This document shows positions 58,143-64,000 of a stretch of 64,000 nucleotides of DNA, piece after piece. Source of the stretch: Spirochaetia bacterium (GTDB lineage: Bacteria > Spirochaetota > Spirochaetia > CADAEX01); contig CAXXHA010000003.1 in assembly GCA_963662265.2 (NCBI GenBank), positions 1 to 64,000 of the forward strand, in the 5' to 3' direction. How positions within the stretch are numbered: the first letter of the stretch is position 1; each line of letters opens with the position of its first letter. The translations under genes and the position numbers were made by a program. The notes under the pieces were generated by a model that did no database searches, was not told the origin of the DNA, and saw nothing but the letters and a program-made list of their open reading frames with translations.

Positions 58143-59030
58143 TTAACGCGCAGGCAGGAACAGGAGTTTCACACTTCCTATCTGTATGACATCTTCATAC
58201 TGTAGACGCTTCTTACCTGTTTTTTCCTCATTTATGAAAACTTCCCCCTCAAGTGATTCAAGTACTACTTCATCCCTTGTTGAGACAAAAAGAGCATGGC
58301 TGCCTTTAAGTCCAGAGTAATCCTCAAAATCAATTGCACTTTTTTTGTCAGATCCCAGAACTGTTTTTTTCATAATCAGAACATATTCCTTGCCCCTGAC
58401 AGGGCCTGTCAGCACTTTGAGCATTCCGAAGGCTTTCACCGATTCAAACAGCGAATAGAAAAGCCCTATTGAACCTCCCATGATAAGGAAGCCTGTTCCT
58501 CTTGCTGCAAATCCGCTTTTCATGAAAGTTGTTATGAATTCAAGAACAGCTCCCCCTGCAAATCCTCCGCTTAATCCTCCTACCACTCCGATCCATACCC
58601 TGTTAGGTGACCGGCTTCTTATCCCCTCTATTGCTCCTACTACAGCTCCCAGAATCATCCATCCGACAGCCCTGCTGATCGGTAGTATCAGATTTTCCGC
58701 AGTTTTCAATGTGAATATATCAGAGCTGATAAGCGCACTCAGAAGACCCTGTATCAGAAGAACGACAAGAATCCCGGACGCTGCTCCTGTTGCAGCCCCT
58801 GCAAGGCCTCCCTGTATACTCCTCTTCCTGTCTGAAACAAGAATCCCCTCCGCTGTTCCGAAACTGAATCCGAAAAAGAGTCCAAGCAGGGCACCTTCTG
58901 AAAGGGAGAGAACCAGGTAGCCGCCTATTCTGCTTCCTGCAAGGAGCAGCAGTTCCATGCTTCCCCATGCGCAGAGTGCCCCTGCAAGCCCCAGTATTAC
59001 CATCAGTATTTTTCTTATTATTAAATTCAT
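58143..59030 (-). CDS. Gly-rich polytopic membrane protein with C-terminal FHA domain
   Basis: About six GxxxG-rich TM helices; LKVLTGPVRGKEY...SHA...FIN...LQYEDVIQIG. Confidence 0.85.
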   Translation of the reverse strand: MNLIIRKILMVILGLAGALCAWGSMELLLLAGSRIGGYLVLSLSEGALLGLFFGFSFGTAEGILVSDRKRSIQGGLAGAATGAASGILVVLLIQGLLSALISSDIFTLKTAENLILPISRAVGWMILGAVVGAIEGIRSRSPNRVWIGVVGGLSGGFAGGAVLEFITTFMKSGFAARGTGFLIMGGSIGLFYSLFESVKAFGMLKVLTGPVRGKEYVLIMKKTVLGSDKKSAIDFEDYSGLKGSHALFVSTRDEVVLESLEGEVFINEEKTGKKRLQYEDVIQIGSVKLLFLPAR

Positions 59031-59045
59031 TTGTTTTCCTTGTAA

Positions 59046-60629
59046 TTATTCCCTGTACAGTCCCGCCTGAAGAACCATAACATCCTGGCTGTTGTTAATT
59101 TTTAGTGAAAAGATTTTATCCCTGTATCCGGATGCTTTTACAAGTATTTTTATTACTCTTCCGGACATCAGTCTTTCAGCCTCTTCAATAGCCACCCATT
59201 TATTTCCCTCTCTGAGAAATATTTCCGCTTCGGAAATGATGTCATCTCCTGTGACTGCATCCCTGACATTCGGAATAAATTTCAGAGGCTGCGGATCTCT
59301 TTTGTGCCTGTAGTAAGTCACAGCTTCTCCGCCCCTGGTCTTTGATTTTTTCCATGGTTCGACAGTGAATGAGTTCCAGAAAACTTCGTTTGAAGCTGTA
59401 ATTTTCACCCTGTAGTTACCTTGCTTCAGAAAAACCGGAAGTGAAGTGACTGATGAAAATGATTCGCTGCTGTCGTTAATTAAAAAGAGAGGCATGTCAT
59501 CAACATCAGGTATTTTTTTATCATCATCAACAAAAATTGATATATTTACAGAATCTGCATCAAGAGGAGGAATATCGGCAGGTGTTTTTACAGAAAACAC
59601 AACTCTTCCGTATGTATCAGGAAACAGAAGTCCCCTGTACAGCTTGAAATTATATACAGCTGATCCTGCTGTGAGAAAAATAAGCAGAAGCACTGATGCT
59701 GCAGTTATTTTCAATCCTTTCCTCTTAAGCTTTATTCTTTCAGGGATTGTGATTTCCTTTACCTGAGCTGCCTCCGCAGTACTCTGAACAAGCTGTTCTG
59801 AGTTCCATTTCTTTATTGTTTTTTCAAGCAGCAGAATAACAGGATCGAGATTTTTGTATCTCTTTTCCCTGTTTGTTCTCATGGCTTTCCTTATGAAGCG
59901 GAGCAGGTTCCTGTCAATTCCCGGTATTATCTTGTCCGGTGAAGTATATTTACCTGTCTGTATGTTTTTCATCAGTTCGGGTGAGTAGCTGCCGGGAAAA
60001 GGTTTTTTCCCTGTGAGCATCTCATATGCCAGTACTCCAAGTGAGTATATATCTGCCCTGAGATCAACGTTGCGTGAATCTTTAAACTGTTCGGGAGGCA
60101 TATACCCCGGAGTCCCGAGTGTCATCCCGTCAATAGTAAGCCCCTCTTCCTGGCTCTCTTCCGATGAGGCAATTCCGAAGTCTACAATTTTGACAGCGCC
60201 CTCTTTTGAAACAAGTATGTTTGCAGGCTTTATATCCCTGTGAACAACTTTTTTTGAATGTGCATATTTAAGGGCTCTTGCAGTATTCAGAAGTATGTAT
60301 GCTGCAAGGCTTGAGTGGATATAGCGGTTGTTCAGTATCATCTCTTCGATTGACATTCCGTCAACATATTCCATGACAAGGTAATATGATGATCCCTCTT
60401 TAAAATGATCATACATGCTTACTATATGATCATGTCTGAAATCCATCAGTATTCTTGCTTCCCGCTTAAATCTCTCTGTTATCGCTTTCCTGCTGGAGAG
60501 GGTCAGCTTCTTGATAATTACCGGCCGCTTGAGGGTGGGGTGCTCAGCCTTGAATACTGCGCCCATTCCCCCCTTTGCAATAAGTGATTCAATCTCATAT
60601 TTTCCTATTGATTCAGGTAATTTTGCCAT
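59046..60629 (-). CDS. Hanks-type Ser/Thr protein kinase with one TM helix and an extracytoplasmic beta domain
   Basis: KGGMGAV, VIIK, RFKREA, HRDIKPAN, DFG, GTPGYMPPEQ and DIYSLG; ATG at 60629. Confidence 0.95.
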   Translation of the reverse strand: MAKLPESIGKYEIESLIAKGGMGAVFKAEHPTLKRPVIIKKLTLSSRKAITERFKREARILMDFRHDHIVSMYDHFKEGSSYYLVMEYVDGMSIEEMILNNRYIHSSLAAYILLNTARALKYAHSKKVVHRDIKPANILVSKEGAVKIVDFGIASSEESQEEGLTIDGMTLGTPGYMPPEQFKDSRNVDLRADIYSLGVLAYEMLTGKKPFPGSYSPELMKNIQTGKYTSPDKIIPGIDRNLLRFIRKAMRTNREKRYKNLDPVILLLEKTIKKWNSEQLVQSTAEAAQVKEITIPERIKLKRKGLKITAASVLLLIFLTAGSAVYNFKLYRGLLFPDTYGRVVFSVKTPADIPPLDADSVNISIFVDDDKKIPDVDDMPLFLINDSSESFSSVTSLPVFLKQGNYRVKITASNEVFWNSFTVEPWKKSKTRGGEAVTYYRHKRDPQPLKFIPNVRDAVTGDDIISEAEIFLREGNKWVAIEEAERLMSGRVIKILVKASGYRDKIFSLKINNSQDVMVLQAGLYRE

Positions 60630-60630
60630 T

Positions 60631-61653
60631 TTACTTACTCTCCGGTTGTTTTGTATTATCAATATAATGCAGACCAAAATTATTTTCAAAGCCTGATGCA
60701 GTTTTGAGGAAAACAACAGGATATCTTAGCGGATTATGTATCTGAATATATTTTCCGCCGGCCCTCAATCTGTACATTTCAGTCACAGGCCTGTGCCCGC
60801 CGTACATCATTGCCTTATTGTTGCCCGGAAAGTATTCATCGAGGTATTTTTTTACAGTACCTTGTTCTGATTCCCCGTTGTCTGTCCATGTAAGATCATA
60901 TATTATTTTTCTCTTCTCATAACAGGATATAATTTCATCTCTTGTGTAATAATTTCTCGGTTCAGCATGAGTTATGCAGCAGAATTTTCCTACAGCCATT
61001 ACAGGCAGGAACTTTTCAAAATCATAGTACCTGCTTAAGACAGATGTTCCCAGGAAACGCTTTGACCAGTTTTTCACCATTTCCCCTTCTGATGTGAATT
61101 TGGCAAATGACCGGTTGTCTTCTGTTGTCTCATTCATGATATTTTCATGATTGCCCTTTAGAAAATGAAAATTTTCACAGAAGCGTGTCTTCCAGTCCAT
61201 GACAATAAGCATCAGATTGAGACTGTCTCTCATTTCACTGTCTATTGCCTTGTGCCTGACAAATCCCCCCCTGTATTCACTGTATGCTTCAATCCATCTT
61301 GCTCTTTTCAGCCCCTCGCTGTGAAAACCGTCTCCGGCACATACTACCTGTATTTTACCCTCTTCAAGCAGCTTTAAAACAGGCTTATCCATTCCGGGCG
61401 GAATCCAGTATGCAAGTGTCCTCATGTAATCCACTCTTGCATGCAGATCAGGCACAATAACAAGAGGCAGGTCTTTAAGCTGAATGAGTCCGCCCGGATA
61501 TCCGCCCCTGTCACGGGGACGGATAAGCGGATTTTCATTATCCATTACTTTTTTAACCTGCTTAAGTGCGGCCTGCAGTTTTTCAGGTTCCGGGTATTTC
61601 CTTCTCCTGATCAGTTCCTCCAGCCGGAAATAAGCGCTGCCTGTTTTTAACAT
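60631..61653 (-). CDS. Calcineurin-like metallophosphoesterase (PPP-type phosphatase)
   Basis: PDLHA, GDGFH, KGNHEN, THAE, LTWTD and GGHRP. Confidence 0.88.
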   Translation of the reverse strand: MLKTGSAYFRLEELIRRRKYPEPEKLQAALKQVKKVMDNENPLIRPRDRGGYPGGLIQLKDLPLVIVPDLHARVDYMRTLAYWIPPGMDKPVLKLLEEGKIQVVCAGDGFHSEGLKRARWIEAYSEYRGGFVRHKAIDSEMRDSLNLMLIVMDWKTRFCENFHFLKGNHENIMNETTEDNRSFAKFTSEGEMVKNWSKRFLGTSVLSRYYDFEKFLPVMAVGKFCCITHAEPRNYYTRDEIISCYEKRKIIYDLTWTDNGESEQGTVKKYLDEYFPGNNKAMMYGGHRPVTEMYRLRAGGKYIQIHNPLRYPVVFLKTASGFENNFGLHYIDNTKQPESK

Positions 61654-61662
61654 ATCTTTTTA

Positions 61663-62196
61663 TTATTCACTTATTAATGTTTTGTTTATTTCTATAAACT
61701 CATCTGTAAGCTGATGAGTGACCTGAGTTAGAAGTTCGTTTGCTTCTTCATATTCAATTGATTCCCTGACAATTGCTATTCTGTAAACAGGGGAGCTTTT
61801 ATCAATCGGCCCGTTTTTGAATTTTACAGCCTCATCAATGCTTATATCTTCTGCAAGCTGTGAATTACTCTGCTGAAGGAAATCCGGAACATCTGTCCTG
61901 AATCCGACACTTGTATATTCTGTCTGTCTTCCGTTTTCTTCAAGCGGTCCCAGTTTTATCAGCGAGCCTGAATAGGTCATTACAAGAGCTCCTCTAGTCT
62001 CTGATGCGGAAAAAGAATCCGCAGGTTCAAGTTCATTTTCCTCTATCTGTCTGTTGAAAACCTCATCTTTTTCAAGCCATCCGCCTGCCAGTATTTCAAG
62101 AGGATCTTCAGTGATGTCTGAAAGCTGTATATTGCCTGAAAGCTGTTTCAGGTGGTTCTGGACTCTTTCCGATACCTTAGAAAAATTGTTTTCCAT
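61663..62196 (-). CDS. Hypothetical protein, stand-alone copy of an uncharacterised ~170-aa domain
   Basis: Paralogous to the N-terminus of 62604-63485; RBS GAGGGAG. Confidence 0.8.
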   Translation of the reverse strand: MENNFSKVSERVQNHLKQLSGNIQLSDITEDPLEILAGGWLEKDEVFNRQIEENELEPADSFSASETRGALVMTYSGSLIKLGPLEENGRQTEYTSVGFRTDVPDFLQQSNSQLAEDISIDEAVKFKNGPIDKSSPVYRIAIVRESIEYEEANELLTQVTHQLTDEFIEINKTLISE

Positions 62197-62273
62197 TTTA
62201 TTTCTCCCTCAGCAGATAATCTGCTTTTTTAAACTACCAATACGGTTTAAAATGTAATTACATATTTTCTGTT

Positions 62274-62415
62274 AAGCACATACTCCGGGGTATGTGCTTC
62301 TGATAGGAATGGATTGTATGTCGGGTCTGAGACTCAAAAACCATTCATATCCAAACCTTTCAATTTTTTTAAATTATGTTGCAAGCTACGGGATCAGACC
62401 CTCCTTGCGAATAAA
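62274..62415 (+). mobile_element. ~140-bp structured repeat (MITE/PATE-like), copy 2
   Basis: Shares AGGAATGGATTGTATGTCGGGTC, GACTCAAAAAC and GCAAGCT.CGGG...AGACCC...TGCGAATAAAT with the reverse complement of 23960-24095; 5' hairpin AAGCACATAC/GTATGTGCTT. Confidence 0.72.
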
Positions 62416-62603
62416 TTAATTTATAACACAGATAATACACCATTTTCCAGAAATGTCCATAAAAATCGGTGAAATTTGAAAAAAATATGATATAATCATG
62501 AAAAACGGCTTGTTTCAGGTATTTTTTTACTGTTAAGGTATGTAAAATACATGAAAAGCCAGTTAAAAAAGACCTTGAAAAAGTCTTATACAGGAGTTGT
62601 AGT

Positions 62604-63485
62604 ATGCAGATTGAAAAGCTGCCTGAAGCAGTACAGGCACATCTTTTGCATTTAATCAGGAGTTCTGCCCTCCCTGATACTCCGGAATTCCGCTCCCGTC
62701 TTGCCGGAATCTGGAACAGGAAATGCACCTTGTTTGAACAGCAGATAAATTATCTTGAAATGGAGCTTGTTGATAAAGTTGATACAAACGAATCAATGGC
62801 AATGATAATTCTCACATACTCAGGTTCTATAATAAGTATAGGCCCTCTTAAGGAAACCAGGGATGTTGAATATGCGAGTATACACTTGAGGGCGGATGTT
62901 CCGAAATCAGTTGTCGTGACTGAGACAAATATCGACGGAGAGCTTCTCCGCGACAAGCCGGTATGTTTTAAAACAGGCGCAATAAAGAAGACTTCTCCCG
63001 CCTTTATGATAGCTGTTTGCGACAGTAATCTTGATCCCTCTGTTCAGTCTGAAAGAATCAGGGAAGCAATGATTTATCTTACAAACGGATTTCTCAAGAT
63101 AAACCAGTCGATACATATTGACCGTAAGAGTGTGCCTGATCATTTTACCGCGAAATCAATGGCAAGATATATTGCGAAAAGACATGACCTGACAGGTGCT
63201 GCTGTGCAGAATATTCTGGAAGATTTTTACTATCTTATTGAAACAGGAATGCTTCTCGGGGAAACTGTTCCGCTCGGCAAAATAGGACGGCTCTCGCTGA
63301 AGAAGAAAGAGGCCCAGAAAGCCAGAATAATAAGGCACCCTGAAACAGGAGAGGAGATTACTGTCAGGTCTAAGCCTTCAATGTATGTTCCCAGGATATC
63401 GTTCAGCAGCCATATAAAAGATAAGGCAGCTTCCCTTCCTGATGACAGCAATTCAATAATCAGGATGGACTATGATGATGAATGA
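62604..63485 (+). CDS. Uncharacterised domain fused to a C-terminal HU/IHF-like DNA-binding domain
   Basis: C-terminal KSMARYIAKRHDLT...GETVPLGKIGRL...ARIIRHPETGEEITV..KP...PRISFSSHIKD; RBS AGGAG. Confidence 0.88.
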   Translation: MQIEKLPEAVQAHLLHLIRSSALPDTPEFRSRLAGIWNRKCTLFEQQINYLEMELVDKVDTNESMAMIILTYSGSIISIGPLKETRDVEYASIHLRADVPKSVVVTETNIDGELLRDKPVCFKTGAIKKTSPAFMIAVCDSNLDPSVQSERIREAMIYLTNGFLKINQSIHIDRKSVPDHFTAKSMARYIAKRHDLTGAAVQNILEDFYYLIETGMLLGETVPLGKIGRLSLKKKEAQKARIIRHPETGEEITVRSKPSMYVPRISFSSHIKDKAASLPDDSNSIIRMDYDDE

Positions 63486-63664
63486 AAATTCAGATCTTAT
63501 GCTTTTTTTGTGGAAATAAATTATACACATGCTTGATGTAAATCTGAATTCTGTTCAATTTATTTGCATGACAGATTTAATGCCCTGCGGGCACTTTGCA
63601 CCCTGCTGTGTGTTTTATCGCATTCTGTATGAATTAGATGGTATTAAAACTGCTATAAAATTAT

Positions 63665-63721
63665 TTCATCGCAGACCAGTTTAACCAGCTGCCTTCAGCA
63701 GTTGTGTTGATCTGCGATGAA
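63665..63721. terminator. Long hairpin between convergent genes
   Basis: TTCATCGCAGA / TCTGCGATGAA enclosing CAGCTGC / GCAGTTG. Confidence 0.5.
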
Positions 63722-63782
63722 TGGAATTCATATTACATCCTGCAGCATGTAAACATATTTATCAGGTGCTGAAAACAGATAA

Positions 63783-64000
63783 TTAAATAAACTCTGCAAT
63801 TTCATCAAGCTGCTTTCTCTTTTTGTCACTTTTCTTTACAAATCCTTTCGGTGTGTATCCGAGAGGTGTTATCACGAAAACCGTTTCCCCCTCTTCGAGT
63901 TCAAGCACTTTTTTAAGAATATCAGGATCGAATGCTGCAATCCAGCATGTCCCTATCTCCTCGTTTTCCGCGGCAAGAATCATATGGTCCATGGCTATTG
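63783..64000 (-). CDS. Nitroreductase family protein, C-terminal part
   Basis: DHMILAAENEEIGTCWI, TPLGY and KRK; 5' end lies outside the window. Confidence 0.88.
   Translation of the reverse strand, partial: IAMDHMILAAENEEIGTCWIAAFDPDILKKVLELEEGETVFVITPLGYTPKGFVKKSDKKRKQLDEIAEFI

Noticed and set aside
62369-62728. 119-aa minus-strand ORF overlapping the HU-fusion start
   Set aside because: Antisense to a well-supported gene and runs through AT-rich promoter DNA into the repeat

Overview
AT-rich bacterial chromosome segment, probably from an anaerobic spirochaete. This assignment is inference from FapA/DUF342, DUF1576, AGG-type binding-protein leaders and a PPQAAGY/RSKLRG-type repeat. In order, it holds: the end of an ABC operon with an IMPase; an M20 hydrolase, duplicated membrane protein and choline-kinase-like operon; a MocR/DMT pair; a TetR-led envelope cluster; an MrfA/MrfB repair pair; a TRAP, Fe-ADH, LarA, GntR, Rid operon; a group 3d NAD-reducing [NiFe] hydrogenase (hoxFUYHW) with divergent hypFCDEAB; a NitT/TauT ABC transporter; a GNAT-histidine kinase fusion; MarR and DtxR regulators sharing an operator; an MCP; an [FeFe]-hydrogenase maturation module (TM1266-like, hydG, small ORF, hydE) behind a long structured leader; msrC; a MATE; an HK-HK-RR-FapA cluster; and a DUF1576 pair. 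The best candidate for an undescribed system is at 56.7-63.5 kb. It combines a VWA-TM-FHA protein, a polytopic FHA protein, a membrane Ser/Thr kinase, a PPP-type phosphatase and two divergent paralogues of an unrecognised ~170-aa domain, one fused to HU. A ~140-bp structured repeat occurs twice, between hoxH and hoxW and between those paralogues. Many single-base homopolymer frameshifts look like read or assembly errors. No rRNA, tRNA, CRISPR array or intact transposase was seen.
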